Source: Convolutriloba macropyga
Taxonomy: Eukaryota
Length of the DNA: 64,000 bases
Assembly: GCF_964194025.1 (NCBI RefSeq)
Contig: NC_134480.1
Location: forward strand, 25,854,001-25,918,000
Reading direction: 5' to 3'
Of the stretch, positions 13,691 to 28,400 are shown in pieces. The notes below the pieces were generated by a model. The model had not been told where the DNA came from. It searched no databases and was given only the letters and a program-made list of their open reading frames with translations. Each line of letters begins with the position of its first letter. Position 1 is the stretch's first letter. The position numbers and the translations under genes are program-made.

Positions 13691-14070
13691 CCGGGTCGGG
13701 GTTTTGTCAAAAAATAATGTAGGATTGGCGGTGAATAGCGATGAAAAAAAACTTCACCGCAAAGCGCCCGCATCTTTTAGCGTTGAATGCGCTGAGAGCG
13801 GTGAATTTTTGTAAGGTTTACGATTTTGGCGGTGAACATTTTTTTTCACCGCATTCTGCTGGTAGCGGTGAAAAGTTATTTTTCACCGCATTCTACTGGT
13901 AGCGGTGAAAAATTTTCTTTCACGGCTTAAGCGGTGAAAAAAAATTTTTTCTCCGCTTAAATTTTTTTTCACCGCATTCATCGCATTGAGCGCAAATCTT
14001 ACATTTTTACTCAAATTCACCGCAAATCTTACATCTTTTAGCAATTTTTAGCGGTGAAACCTCGACCTGG
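13691..14070. mobile_element. MITE-like element with about 15 GCGGTGAA/TTCACCGC motifs
   Basis: Imperfect TIRs CCGGGTCGGGGTTTT / GAAACCTCGACCTGG. The interior is packed with the 8-mer in both orientations. Confidence 0.7.
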
Positions 14071-14339
14071 TTTTCAAACCCGTTTCAGGCAGTAATAAGG
14101 CAGGTTTTGAGTAATTTTCAGATATGTATCAGGTAGGTTTAATATAGGTGTCTGTATTCAAATAGTTTTCAAGTTCATTTTCTTATGTCATATTTTTGTC
14201 ATTTTTATAATACTGAAATTTAACCAATATTGCCCAGATTTATTTCATTTGTCACTCACCTGTGAGTATCTATATTCCTGCTAACCCTCGTAGACATAAT
14301 CTAACAACTTTATTCAACTATGACAAATATTCCTTGTCA

Positions 14340-17300
14340 AATGTCACTCAAGCTTCCGCCGCCAGTTACGCTTGGATTGTGTCGCGAGGGAAATTATTAA
14401 GCTGTACTAGCGATGCTTTTGTCAGAGTAACTTACTCGTTGGAATTCGCCAAACGAATACAACCTGAATTTGAAGTACCAGATAAGCTTATCCGTCCAAT
14501 TACTCTAAATTATTGAAGAATTGAGAAGAGAGCTGTTTAAAGAGTTCAATTGCGTGTCTCATCACAAAAATCCAAAACTAAGAAAATGAATGCCAGACAA
14601 GAGCCGGGCATGAAGAGCTGAAAAAATTTCATTTTAATTGGCGGTAATAAATGTACAGATTATAAAACAAATATAACAAAGGTTTTGAGCAAAATAAATG
14701 TTTTTGGGGAGCAAATTTAAGTAGACCATTCAAGGAGGTACTGGTTAGTGATGTTAATGGTTTAAAGGAGTGCACTGAAATGTTATTGCACTTTAAGATT
14801 TGAAGTGCGGCTAAAGACATTACGAAAAACAACTATGATATTTTTAAACTGACTTTTGTTTTTCTTTAATTTTGAAAGAGGGTTTGTCCCTTTTCATCAC
14901 ATATTCCCCGGAAGTCTTGATTGTACAAAAAGCGGAATCTAGGATCAGGTGAAGAAACCGGGTTAACTGTGATGTCTGATCTTTCTTAATTGTTTGATTT
15001 ACAGAGACGTTGGGATGGAATTCAAATGGAGATTTGGAACTGCCCTGCATATCCACATTAGAATTTAGAGAATGGAGGCGCCTTGCAAATCCACATTATG
15101 TACAATTTCAATACTATTGAGGGCTGCTTCGATAAATTGTCGAAATCGCGAAATTTTTGTGCCATACGGCGTTGTTAGATGAGTTTACAGGTTCATTAGC
15201 ACAATTTTCCGACTGAGAAGTTGAGGCTCTTGAAAGCTCTCGTATTTCATTTGATGTTTGTAGGAGATTATCAAGACATACTCGTTTGCGTTGTTTTAGC
15301 GCCAGGAGTGAACGCCGAACCAACCAGCTCTTTCTTGAAATCTTTCAGTAGTTTGGCAAGTTTCTGTTAAGTAATCTTGTTAAACGAAAGGATACGTCTC
15401 TGAGCCCTCATCCACAGTGGAGTAGAACCTTCAGCAGCAGTTCCAATTTTCCGTTTTGAGAATACGCACAATATGTTTGTCAGGTTGTTTTAAAATTGAA
15501 GTCGTCGTAACGTTTTCGCTACGGTTGATCTGTGGACTAAAGTTTCGTATATAGTTAATTTTTTGATCTTTTTTGATGTTATTTCCCAAGCTAAATCCAG
15601 TTGAAGTGAGTGTACTGTCCTCGGAATTGGGTTGTTTATTTTGGGGTACAGTATAAAGTGCAATTTCCCATCGTTAACTTTGTGATGAAGTCGCCAAACT
15701 TCAACTTCCGCGTTGCACATTGCTTTTTCAATGCTTTTGTCGTTTCCGTCCGCAGAATCCCAACACCCTCGCCAAATAATCCGCCGCACAAATAGTCTCC
15801 TGTTCTTATTAATGCCTCAAACATTTTTTATTTATTAAGTTTTTAACTATCTGCGTCCGTACTTATTGTCATTGAAAGATTTCCGTCATCTGCTTTTAAA
15901 TAATTGTATCATTCATGTCGCGAATCCCATTGCTTTATGCTCATTAACGGCTGCGGTATAAACTAAAATGTTATTTCGAGTGCCAATTTGTGTGATTTCA
16001 TCTCCGATTAAACAATGATTTTGATCAAGACGATTGTTTCGCAGTAATCTATGTATGATGATATAATCTTCTATAAATCTTTCTAAATTTCGACTATTTA
16101 CTTGAACATTGACTTTTACTAAAAGATATTTTGATTAGATACCAAGGAGTGCTATGGAACATATTTCACCTCCTCATCAGGCTCAACATATATTTTATTA
16201 AGTTTCCACTTTGAAACAGTTATAATTGTTTTCAAATTTATATCAGTATCTGTGCTTCGGTCTGATTCGAGGTTCAGCAAGAAAAATGCGTATGCATCAA
16301 AGGCCACCAGGTATTTTGTGATGAAGAAATATTTCCTCAACTTCCATGATGTGTAGTATGTAGCGATTTGGACACTGCCTCAAGTATACTAATCATATAA
16401 AGACACCGATATGCAGGTACCTTCGGAAACTATTGATGTATGGACTGATTGCTTTGCAGTTTCCTTCATGTTTATTTAGCACACCGTACCGTATCTCATT
16501 CAGCACAGCATCCTCTGAGGTCCAGAATGCTCAGAACTCCCTTGTGAACAAATTATTTAGAGTAGCATGCAATATCTCCTCATCAGATGGTTCGATGTCT
16601 AGCGACTCATTCGTTGCTTCTGAAGATAAAGAGTCCTCGATGGTTTTGTTACCTAAGTCGTTGGTGGTTGACTGGAACGTTACTCTTGGCTAGGTAATTT
16701 TGTCATAGTTTGTATTCGGCATGCTGCTAAAGCTTTTTTGATGTAGTTGGGGTGCAAACGCTTCAGAGTTTAGAACAACTGATTTGCGCCGCAATTGGGG
16801 GCAGAAAACAATTGTTTATTTCTTGATGGATAAATGTTATTTGAAAGTATTTAATTTAATTGTTAGAGAAATTTATTGTGAGTGAATTACTGCTGTTACT
16901 AGCTTTAGAGGCTGCGTTACAATCTTTTTTTAAGAAATAGAATTGCGTTCGGGATCATTGGCATTTTGAATGATGTTTGCAGTTTCGTCGTGAATGGGGA
17001 AAAGAGTGTGTTTTTCAATGGCGCTTAATTATTGTGATCAATATTAAAATCAAATGGCAGAAGTCGATCAATCGATCTTGTTAACCTGGTCTTTTAAAAA
17101 TTATTGCAATGATGTCCATTCAAAATTTAAAAAGTGGCTGTACGATCAGTGAAGACGGTAAATGGTCTAACAAAATGTATTCGACAGACCCAACTACAAA
17201 AAAAATCTAATTCATTATTAGTGTAACCTTCTTCGTTTGCATCAAAGAAGCGCAACGAAACTATTATAGTCTCCCAGCCCTCGGCTGTTTGCTGTTTTAA

Positions 17301-17594
17301 TGCATCACCAAATCCTGCTATAGATGCATTGCATTTGATGAGTGTTTCCAATTTGTGATAGTAGTGAAAGTTTGAAATCATTTCAAGACTTGATCTAGAG
17401 CTTACCGTTTAAAGTAAACTAAAGAAGGTCTTATGGGCATCTAAAGTGTAATCACCATCAACCTTAAGGCATACCTACTAATTAAAGTTCTAACTCTCTT
17501 GTCTAGAACTCCCCTGTTCTGAGCTTCAGTAGCCAGTGCTTGGGCCCTAACGCTAAATTCTAATGTATATCTCAATCTGTATCATGAGCAGAGT

Positions 17595-17633
<39 letters not shown>

Positions 17634-20300
17634 ATTTTAATTTGTTTCTATATCAGGTTTGACTGGGTAAAACATAAGCTCAACGAGTGATGACACAAGA
17701 ACATCAGATTTGTCAAAAGAAAATATATTTGTTTTAACCAATCAGAATCCAGTATTCAGTTATTTACATAACAGTCCTTTCGATTAAAAAACTGGATGTC
17801 AGCTAACGCTGGCAGCTGTTTCTGCAATCTGGTTTTTATTATGTTCAATATGTTTATCATTCGCAGATGTCCACAGAAATTTGTTGCTTTATGCAACAAC
17901 AATGGGAGAGGAAGCATGTTTTAGGATAAATGTGTGAAAAACAATAACAAAGACATTCAATGTTAGTGTTCGCAAAAGACAATTATCCAATTTAAATCTA
18001 CGATTATCAACGATCACTGTTTGCACACATTCATAGACTGTTTTCATATGATCTTCAAAGGAGCCACGACTAACAATGAGAATATCGTCAAGGAATCAAG
18101 AAGTTTTTGTAACTCCATTGATGTATAATCCGTTCTCTTGTGACGTTCAGCCGGCAAAACAGAAAAGAAATTGAAATCAGTTTTAAATTTATATGCGCAT
18201 GTTGATTCTTCGCTAACATTATTGCCATTGCATTGGTGGACAGTATCAAGCTGTAGATTACAATGATTGTACGCGTATTGCAAATCCAATGTAGAAAGTT
18301 ATGCTGCAAGTGAGGGATCAAATTGGTTTGCATTTTGAACGATTGTATCAATTTAAGTGTCAAGGTTCGGCATCTGCTATTTCTACTAATGCATAGTTTT
18401 ATTCAAAAAATTTTGCGTACAGAGCTGGCTATACGAATTTCCCAGCGTTGGCTATAACGAAAAATGCGGAAATCCAACTTTGGTTGGAGCAGCTGTCAAG
18501 TTTCGATAGGAACTCTGCTGGAAACCTCTTAAGATTTTGGGTCTTCACTGGTCATTGAGTTGTGCCTACAGAAAGATAATTTTTGATTTGTAGTTGTTTT
18601 GTAGTTCTCAATCAATCTAACAAATCGTGTCCCTGTAGTGGCTTATGTCCGTTTTCTACGGCCGCAACGACAACAAGATTTGACACTTGACTTTGATACA
18701 AAAGTAGGTTCGGTTTTGCCAATCATTTGTATTAGGGCATTCGGTTAGGTGGGTAGTTCCTTTGTATTTGCGCTGCGGAACTCCGTAGCTTTATTCTAAG
18801 TGCTAGACCTGCATTTATTATCGTTCACACAATACCAGAATCCAACATTACCACAGTTTCAATGCTAATAAAAATTACACTTTTTTCTAAGGGTTCAATG
18901 GTTTGACTTTAACTAGAACCAGATGCTATACCGAGTTGTCATCGGAAGAATGATTGAAGTAATGCTGCGGGTCTTAGTCCCGGTGACTCTCATCAACCTG
19001 ATCTCTATCTCACTGTTCTTCTGTTTTTTCTTCAACATTGTATACGTTTGGGAATAGAAGATTTCTACTGGGGCTTTGTATTTTGGGCGTTCTTCGACAA
19101 ATTTTCACAAAATGATAATGTAATCCACAATTCATACTTTACTGTGCTTGGAGTTGACCGTATCTTTCATGATCGAGAGAGCATGGTCGACTACCATGTC
19201 GACATATTTAACAAAAATTTATTTGTTATTTTTTATATTTGAGAAACTGCCTGTTTTTGTTTTGAGGGTGCGATTTACAAAAAATGGAAAAACTCAGCTG
19301 CTGACAACCCCATGTACGTTGAATGTTAGAGACTCTGACCTCATTTTTTGCAAGCATTTTTTAATTGATTGCCAGTGTCAATGCTTTCTTTGGTTTTGCT
19401 GTGTCTTGCATAGTTGATTATGAATTCCGCCATCAATCATGTTAGTTATGAAAACGTCTCGTACTCTGGAATTTTCACCATTTCACAAAAATCAAATATC
19501 TGCCAGTTCGTTAAGTGTGCAAAGAAATTTTTCAAATTTATGAACTTTAATTTGTTTTCTAGTGAAAAACTGATAATAGTTGAAAGTGATGATCTATAAA
19601 TGTCTCATTGCTTCCCAACTTTTTTCAGTGATTAATTCATTCACATTTCCCACCAAAAGTTTTCATGTTGGAGACGCTTAGCCTCGTTGCAACCATAAAT
19701 GATAATGATTTGTTTTTCTGCTTGCAAAATTTTGAAGGTTTATTTCCACATAATATAATTAATATTTGCTTCAATTTTATTTCAATAGCTCCTCCATGAA
19801 ATATTTTTTGGGCGTAGCATAGTTGGCGTTTGAATTCTGCTTAAGCTGCTTTGCTCTCGATTTCTTCTGTATATACTGGATCAATAGGCAATTGGTCTCT
19901 GAATTGAGTCTAGGGAGGTTCCTTTTTTGCCTCAGATATCCATTTTCAAGTGTGCTCTTCAGAATTTTTATCTTTAAGGTTGTTCTAGCGTTGGTTCTAC
20001 CCAATACTGTTCTATTCTAAGCAATAATTTTCCATGACGAAGCGCTGCTGATTGTATATTGTGACCTCATGAGGGTAATTTGAACTAGCGACGCTTATGT
20101 CATTATAATTTTCTTGTTGAAAATTGCGATGGGAATACAAGCTAAATTCGAAGTAGCATATTAGGTAATCGAATGACGCTAATATGGTGAGGTATTGAAA
20201 AGAGATTCAAACATCGGAGTATGATTACCAGACAGGAATCAGGAATGATGACCTGAATAAGATTTTAAGTAATAATTGGCGGTAAAATAGTGAAGAGACT
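14340..20300 (-). mobile_element. Degenerate Ty3/Gypsy LTR retrotransposon (boundaries approximate)
   Basis: Minus-strand remnants in Gypsy order: protease VVMLDSG (~18840) and LQGHDL; RT DLQYAY..YKFKT..PAE..LDDI-like (18044-18300); RNase H KCNAS.AGFG.AL.Q..RF..Y..NEL..FTVFTD (17127-17381); integrase-like KYLVAFD (~16300). Homologous LTR-like segments at about 14340-14650 and 20030-20290. Many stops and frameshifts. Confidence 0.85.
17597..17632. repeat. (GA)n microsatellite at the end of a ~250-bp insertion between RT and RNase H
   Basis: The GA run is visible; 17385-17640 does not continue the pol homology. Confidence 0.7.
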
Positions 20301-21639
20301 AATGAACTGATATCAGATGATTATTGCACTAGATAAAAGTGTTCGTGGAGCGAATAAACGTAGAAACTTAATTCAGGTACTTTTTTTTAGCAAATCTAGA
20401 GGAGAACAGAAGCAATGTAAGACCGTATCACAAACTGGAATAGGATTGTTTTGGGAAAAAGTAGCTTGCAATCATCTCTGAAACGCGTTTCTGATCTAAT
20501 TTTTTTTCATGCAGAGGTTTACAGGGATCCTCTTGATTTTTCTATATCAATCTGGTCCTTCAAGAAATCCCAAAAACACCTCTCAACTGTTTTGCAGCAA
20601 TCCAAAGAGAAAACAGCTTGTGAGAAAATTGAGACTTTGCTTGAAGTAATTTTGCAACCACCAGGAGCATATTTTTTGCACTCAAAACTGCAGTCAAAAA
20701 CACCACACAATGCTTCATATAGTTTTGTTGTAAAAGATCAAGCAACCGGGCCGTCTTTAACGGTTAATTTTGTTTGAAATGATAGCACACTCAAGTCAAA
20801 TTTGCACCAGTACTCCTGGCTAACGGAAAAAATACACAAATTACAAAAACGAAAGTTGTCAAATCATCCTTATGAACTCTGCATTTCTGAATTAGGATAT
20901 TGATATGAATGCTGATGGTAAGGTACTTATCAGCGAATAACACACGACTAAAGAGATAAAAATGATCTGAAGTGTTGTTTTCCATTTGTCTTATAAGACA
21001 CCGCTTCACGCTTCAGTTTTAGAGCTTACATTTTTATTCGTATCCGTTTAAAAACGAATCTTCTGAGCAAGCCCTGAAAGAAGTTTGGACAAATAATTAC
21101 AATTTTTTTTTAAAAGTCGTTTCACAATAATCTTTGGCATAATCAATTTGGAATTTATATATTAGAGTAGGTTAAAAAAAGGCCCCCGAAACTGCGCCGT
21201 TGACTGTAGTATATCTTACAGGATAGGTAGTACATTCTTTTTCAGCTCTGTATGCAATAGGATATATCGTCTTTGCAGAGGAAGAAAACATGTGCCCAGA
21301 GAGAAAGCAGCTCTCTACTTCCTCTGAATATTGATTTTTTCAGGGAATTTTATCATTTAAAATGGAAATCACGATATAGCTGCAACAGAAAGAGTAATGT
21401 CTAAAAAGGCAAAAATGATGAAAAACTATAAATACTTGAGTTGAATACAAAATTTTGTGATGGTCGTTAAACGTATTTTCTAACTGAACAAACTATATGT
21501 CTCAACAGAAGACTTTTACAACGCTGTAAAAATTATTAAAAAGCTCACAATTGTATGTAATTTCTTGACCTCAGCCTCACAATTGTAATTTTGGTCTCAA
21601 TTTTTTTGTGTTCGCGTTTATTTGAAGATAGAAATGAAT

Positions 21640-24480
21640 TACAACGACAATTGCGGAAATGCAATTGTGATCGGAGCAGTTGCTAAGATTCGATAGGAAC
21701 TATGCTGGAATCTTCTTGGGTATTTGGATCTTCATTGGATATTGAGTTGTGTCTACAGAGAGATTCATTGTAACTCGCTTTCGTTGAAAAACATTTTGTT
21801 CGACTATTTCGTATTTTCAACCCCATTGATGTATAATCAATCCTCATTCGAATATCCGCAGGCAAATTATTAAGGTCAAAGAAATTAGTTTCAAAACTAT
21901 ATGCGCCTGTTGATTCACCGGTGACAATTTTACAGTTGCAGCAGCGAATGATAACAGGGTGTACACTATAAAGATCGTACTCAAATTGGAACTTCGGCGT
22001 AGAAAAGTGTGTTGTTAAAGAGGGATCGAAATTGTTTGCATTTTGAGTGATTTTATCAATTTAGTGTCCGTGTTTGGCATGTGGTATTTGCTCTCATATA
22101 TAGTTTGTTTTCAAATTTTTCGGTCTAGAGCTAGCTCTAAAGAATGCCCAATTTTGGCTAAAACGACAATTGTGGAAATAGAATTTGTGTCAGACCAGTT
22201 TTCAGGTTTCGATATGAACTCTGCTGGAAAGTGTTTGGGTATTTGGGTCTTCAGTTTGCCTTGAGTTGTGTATACAGAAAGATAAATTCTCTTTTTTTTT
22301 GTATTGTAACCTCGAGTTGAAAAAACATACTAATGAGTAGCCCCATCGATTTATAATCCATTCTCTTTTGAAATTCAGCCGGCAAAATAGTAAAGCAATA
22401 GATATCAGTTTTACTTCTATATGCGCCTGTCAATTTTCCGCTAGCAATTTTACAGTTGCAGTTGCGGACGGTTTCCAAGTCTAGATTCTAATGGTTATAA
22501 TGGTTTGTAATGGTTAGTGTATTGCAAATCTAGTGTAGAAAAATATGCAATGAGGGATCATTTTTTTGAATTTTGAACGACTGCATCAATTTAATCGTCA
22601 AGGTTCGGCATCTAGTATTTGTTCTAACGTATAGTTTTATTCAAACATTTTTGCGTACAAAGCTAGCTATTCGAATGGCCCAGCGTTGGCTATAACGAAA
22701 AATGCCGAAATGCAACTTTGGTCGGAGCAGCTCTCACGTTTCGAGTTTCTTCTCGTTTCTTCACTGAACATTGAGTTGTGTCTACAGAAAATATTGTAAT
22801 TCCCAATCTATCAAAGACCTCACGCCCGTGTAAGGGCTCAGGTCTTCTTTTATGGCCACAACGATAACAGGATTTGCGCTGGGTTGTTGATACAAAAGTA
22901 GGTTTTTTTGTCAATCGTTTTTTGTATAGTGCATTTGGGTAGGTGCGTAGTTCGTTTGTATTTGTGTTGCGGACCTCCGTAGCTTTATTCCAATTGCTAG
23001 ACTTCCATTTATAATCGTTCACACAAAACCAGAATGTAACATTACCCCAGTTTCAATGCCAACAAAAAATGCACTTTGTTCTAAGGGTTCAAAGGTTTGA
23101 TTTTAACTAGAACCAGATGCTTACAAATTGTCATCGGACGAATGAATGAAGTCTGTTTTTCGGGGTTTAGTCCCGATCACTCTCATTGATCTGTATCTCA
23201 CTGTTTTTTTGTGTTTTTAATCGACTTTGTTTACGTTTGTGAATAGATTTTTTTGGGGCTTTGTGTTTTGGGCGTTTTATAAGTTTTCGCAAAATGGTTA
23301 TGTAATTAGCAATTCATACAGGACTGTACTTCGACTTGACCATATTTTTTATGAATAAGATAGCATTGTTGTCTGCACTGTCGACATATTTGATAAAACT
23401 CTCTTTTGCTATTTTTTTCTATTTGAGAAACTGCCTGTTTTGCGTTGCGGGTGCAATTTACATTGAAAACTGGATGAGCTCAGTTGCTGAATACTCAAAT
23501 TACGTTGAGTGTTAGAGACTCTGATCTCATTTTGTAATTGATTGCCAGTGTCAATGCTTTCTCTGGTTCTGCTGTGTCTTGCGTAGTTGTTTATGATTTC
23601 CACCATCAAGCATGTTAGTTTTGAAAAAGTCTCGTACTGTGGAATCTTCACGATTTCACAAAAATCAAATATCTGGCAGTTCGTTAAGTGTGCAAAACAC
23701 TTTTCAATTGTTTGACTTTTAATTTATTTTCCAGTGAAAAACTGATGACAATTAAAAGCGGTGTTTTATAAATTTCTCATTCCATGCTTCCCAAATTTTT
23801 TAATTAATTATTTCATCCATATTTCCCTTTAAAAATTTCTTGTTGAGGACGCTTAGTCCCATCGCAACTATTATTGACAATGATTTTGTTTTCTGCATGC
23901 AAATGTTTCAGGGTTTATCTCCATATATTATGTCTTTTGTATCGTTTCCATTACTTTTGCTCCTCCACGAAATTTTTAATTGGGCATTGCATTGTTGGCA
24001 TTTGCATTTTGCTTGAGCTGTTTTATTCTTGATTTCTTCTGTATGTACTGGATCAATAGGCAATTGTTCTCAGAAATCTGTCTATGGAGGTTTCTTCTTT
24101 GGCCCAGATTTCCACTTTCTAGTGTGCACTCCAGAATTCTACACAAAACTGTTCTACTCTAAGGAGAAGTATTTCCATAATGGCGCGATGCTGACTGTAC
24201 ATTGTGGTGACGGCAAATTGTACCAGCACTGCTTTCTTCAGAATAATTTTCCGGTTGCAATATCCGACGGGGACTGCAACCTTTGTTCGAAGTAGCAGAT
24301 TAGCTTATAGAACGGCGCTGATATGGTGAAGTATTGAAAAGAGAGCTGTTTAAAGGATTAAGTCGCTGGTCTCATCTCGAAGATGCAAAAATAAGAGAAT
24401 GGTTGCCAGGCAAGAGTCAAGCTTGATTAGTTGAACAAAAATTTAACAATAATTGGCGGTAAAATAATGAACAGGCAAAC
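21640..24480 (-). mobile_element. Duplicated 5' half of the Gypsy element (LTR-gag-PR-RT fragments) plus an extra RT fragment
   Basis: 22280-24480 is collinear with about 18100-20300 (e.g. GAYRSKT..PAEFQKRMDY, PLHGREVFDRLG). 21640-22270 holds further RT-region copies. Confidence 0.8.
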
Positions 24481-25430
24481 GAACAAATATCAGATGAGTT
24501 TAGAACTAGATTAAAGATATCGTCGAACAAATGTAAGTAGAATCTTAATTGAGCTACATTTGCCAGCAAATCCAGAGAAGAATCGAAGCAATAGGACCGT
24601 ACCACAAACTAGAATAGGAGTGTTTTGGAAAAAAGTGGCTCACAATCACCTCTGAAACATATTCCTGAATGGCTTCCTTTTCATGCTGAGGTTTACAGAG
24701 ATCCTCTTGATTATTCTACAACAACCTGGTCTTTCAAGCAATCCACAAATCACCTCCCAACTGTTTTGAGCAATCTAAAAAGACAACAGAATTTTGAGAA
24801 GATTGAGATTTTGCATGAAGTGTTTTTGCAACCACCATGAACAGCAGTGGACACCAAAAGTTGCACGACAGACTGCGGTCAAAAACACCATACAATGTTT
24901 CATGAATCTTTGTTGTAACAAATTGAGCGAACTGACCGTCATCAAGAGTCCAGTACTTCTGGATAACGACAAGAACATACATATTACAAAAACGAAAGTT
25001 GTCAACGCTTCCTTATGAACTCTGCAGCTCTGGAATAGGATTTTGATATGAATGCCGATGGTAAGGTACTTGTCAGCGAATAACATACGACCAAGAGATA
25101 AAATGTTCTGCAGTGTTTTTTCTCCATTTGTCTTATAGGACATCGCCAAAACTGCGACTTTGACTGCATTATGACCTATAGGATAGGTATTACATCTATT
25201 TCAAAGTTATATGCAATAGGATATATGGTCATTGCAGAGGAGGAAAACTAGTGCTCAGAAAAAATGCAGCTCTCAATTTCCTGTGGACACACACACACTT
25301 TTTCAGGGGTTCTATGATAAGAAGAAAATTGAGAATCACGATATAGCTTAAACAAAAACTAATGTCTAAAATTGTTGAAAAAGCTCTGTAAAAACTTGAG
25401 CTGACTACAAAGTTATGTGATCGTCCGAAT
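24480..25430. repeat. Duplicate of the 20300-21470 flank
   Basis: Collinear similarity, e.g. FHAEVYRDPLD and LFADKYLTI.IHI.IL.Q.CRVHK..LTTFVFVIC appear in both copies. Confidence 0.8.
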
Positions 25431-28400
25431 GTTATAGGCATTGTGTGAAATGAAGACGCCAAGTTGTCTTATAACAGATTGCTAGCAGAGAAACTACTAA
25501 AGCAATTCGCTGAAAAGCTCTCAACAAAAAAATACTTCTGGGTTGAAGAGGAGCAGACGCTCCAAGCAGATCTGTGAATTGGCTGTGTTGTCAGTTTTTA
25601 GGTAATGTTGATTCAGCTAGAGAAAAAAAACTTGGTTCTCTTCAGGTTGGAAGCAAAAACAAATGCGGGAAGATACGGAGAGTCATTAATGAAGCCATTA
25701 TATTTCAAGTTCAGTCTCTAAAATCAAAGCTCCTATATGAACGCTTATTGTTCGGTAATCAATCTGTTTTTTGTTACATTATGATTGCAAAAACAACAAA
25801 TAGCAATCTAACCGACCTTGTGCAGATCTTTATGCAAGTTAATGTTGCTCTCTATTGACGCGCTTTTCATCGGATTTTCTTTGATCATATGGAAAATGAA
25901 GATAGCGAGGTCACACGTTTAATTTCCAAACTTCCAGTGCTACATATTCCCGAAGCATAACATTTTACGTTCTTCGTCGTTTAGCACACCTGAATCCGTA
26001 CAACTTTCCTCAAATGTTACACTTCGTTGAGCGTAATTTCTAACTAGAGGACGGCTAGAGGATGTCTCAACAGAAGACGTTAAAAACGCGGTAAACATTA
26101 TAAAAAGCAGCAAAGTGTATGACACTTCATGAACTCAGCTTCACAGTGTTTAAATTGTGTCTGAGTTTTTCTTTGTGTTCAATTTCATTTGAAGATGATA
26201 ATGAATTTGCGCTTTTCGAATTAAAGACTTCCTGTTTTTTTGGATTTTTGCAATTCTGAGCTTTGGTATAAAGTAGCGAAACGTTCTTGGTAGTAGTAGG
26301 GGCAGGGTGTTGATATGGTATAGTTTTTTTACAGGTGTTTCTGTAGGGACAGGGTAGGCTTTCGGGCTAAGGTAAAGGTTTCACTAGGTTTTTGCAGAGT
26401 TAATGGTTAGGCAGATTTGCAGAGATGGTACAGTTTTCAAATTTTTGTCCGCAGGGCTCATTCCTACTTAAATCCAGCATCATAAAAAGTCACTTTTCAT
26501 GCTTAAACAAAAATTTTTTTCTTTGTTTTCCTGTTTCTTTTCTAAACAAAGGAAGTTTATAATCGAAAAGAATCAAAGCACACTGATTTTGAACAGCTGA
26601 AAATATAAACATTGAAAACTGAGTTCTCAATTTTTAAGGTCTGGATCCTTGTTAATTCATTTAAACAAAAAAGATTAGTAATCCTAAGACTGCCAATGCA
26701 ACAAATTATGATGATTTTGAACCTGTAGAAACCTTTGTTTTATAACATGCAACCTATTACCAGAAAATGTTTGAGCTGAAAATTTCATCCTCAAATTGTG
26801 GCTTTTGGTGTCAAATAAAGTTCAAATTCGTCTGAAATAAAAGCTTCTTGTGCAAAATAGAACAAAATTGAGGATTTTTTAGGTTTTTTGTTGGAAAAGT
26901 AGGATCTGAGGAAACAATTTGCATGATTTACTTGATCATTTTCAACACAATGGTTTATTTTTTTCCTATTTGAACTTCTATGTTTTCAACTTTTGAATTC
27001 AGGTTATATCTGAATTTTTTTTGTTGTTTTTTTCCGGGAGCTACCGCGTACTTATAGCTAGAAGGCCGTTGATAACATTTTCCAACATTTTGTGAATTTT
27101 CATATACTGTAGCACTGCACCTGTACATGCGGCATGAAGAAATTGTTCTGAGGAATGTTATGATTTTCGAAAAGCAATGGATCGTGTCGTATGTTTCAAT
27201 GTACGCATGACAGACATCTTTTTCAATACTTATGCGCGTTTTGAAATTTTCAACCTCAAAAATTGGTGAACTTTTCCGCTGAAAAATTATCACAGAAGAA
27301 ACCATTAGAATGATTTTTTTTTATAAATTGCAGCAATTTTTTCGGATGACTTTTGACTTTTTTCGAATATCATAATATGTTTCATGTATTACTGGTTGTT
27401 ATGCTCAATCTTCAAAATCTCCTATATTCATTGGGAACTATCACTGTTAGAACTTCCAGACGTACGCACAGTTTTGCTAGACATACAACAGGTCTTAGGC
27501 ATCTATCGTGTCCTCCTATTCCTTTTTTAAATCTGATTAGACTGGTATACAAAAATATCGTTTTGTGATCTGTAGAGGGCTGGGGGGGGGGGGGGGGCGC
27601 TAGCAGAAAATATCCCTAAAATCAAACTTCAGCTCATTTCCACTTTTTGCAAATTTCTAACGAAATACTCGCTCATACTTCGAACAGAATATTACGTTCA
27701 AACTTCTATTGTAGAACATATGTTATCAGAATAAAGGTTATAGTAATAAAGACCTGTAGGTGGCTGAAAGATATCTAGGCAAGCTGATAGATTAAAAACA
27801 AACATGTGTGAGTGTACGAGTAGTCTGTTAGTGTTAAGTTGGCTGGTTAGCAGTTGTAATAACTAATTGCGGTTATAAGTTATAACCTTCCCTGCTCGTC
27901 TAACCATAACTAACCAATAAGCGTGGTGGCACTTTGTTTATTGAATGATGATTGCTAATTTAAAGTTAGATCGGACCAGTTAGTGCTACAATAACGATCT
28001 CGTACTATTAGTGTAACAGAAATGTTTACTTTTGTTCACAAAGTCAAATTCTTTTCTCATTAGTAATAAATAATAACATTTTGCGCCATCAGTGTAAACA
28101 AAAGACAGTGTAGGCTACTGAAAGAGTAGCGAACGAATTATTATTACCCTTTACCCCCCCCCCCCCCTCTCATCACCCTTTATATATACAACTTGTGCAC
28201 GATAACACTGTACCTTTATGCAAAAATATGCTAAGCAAAGCTGCGCGCGCGAATAATTAAAATTCAAATATTTTAGTTGGCGTTCAAACAACTTTATTTA
28301 TTGATTTCGAGGTACAAACAGCACAAATAGGCACATAGTAATATGAATCATGACCCGCCGCACACACACACTGCAAAATGATACCAAATGAAAAGAATTT

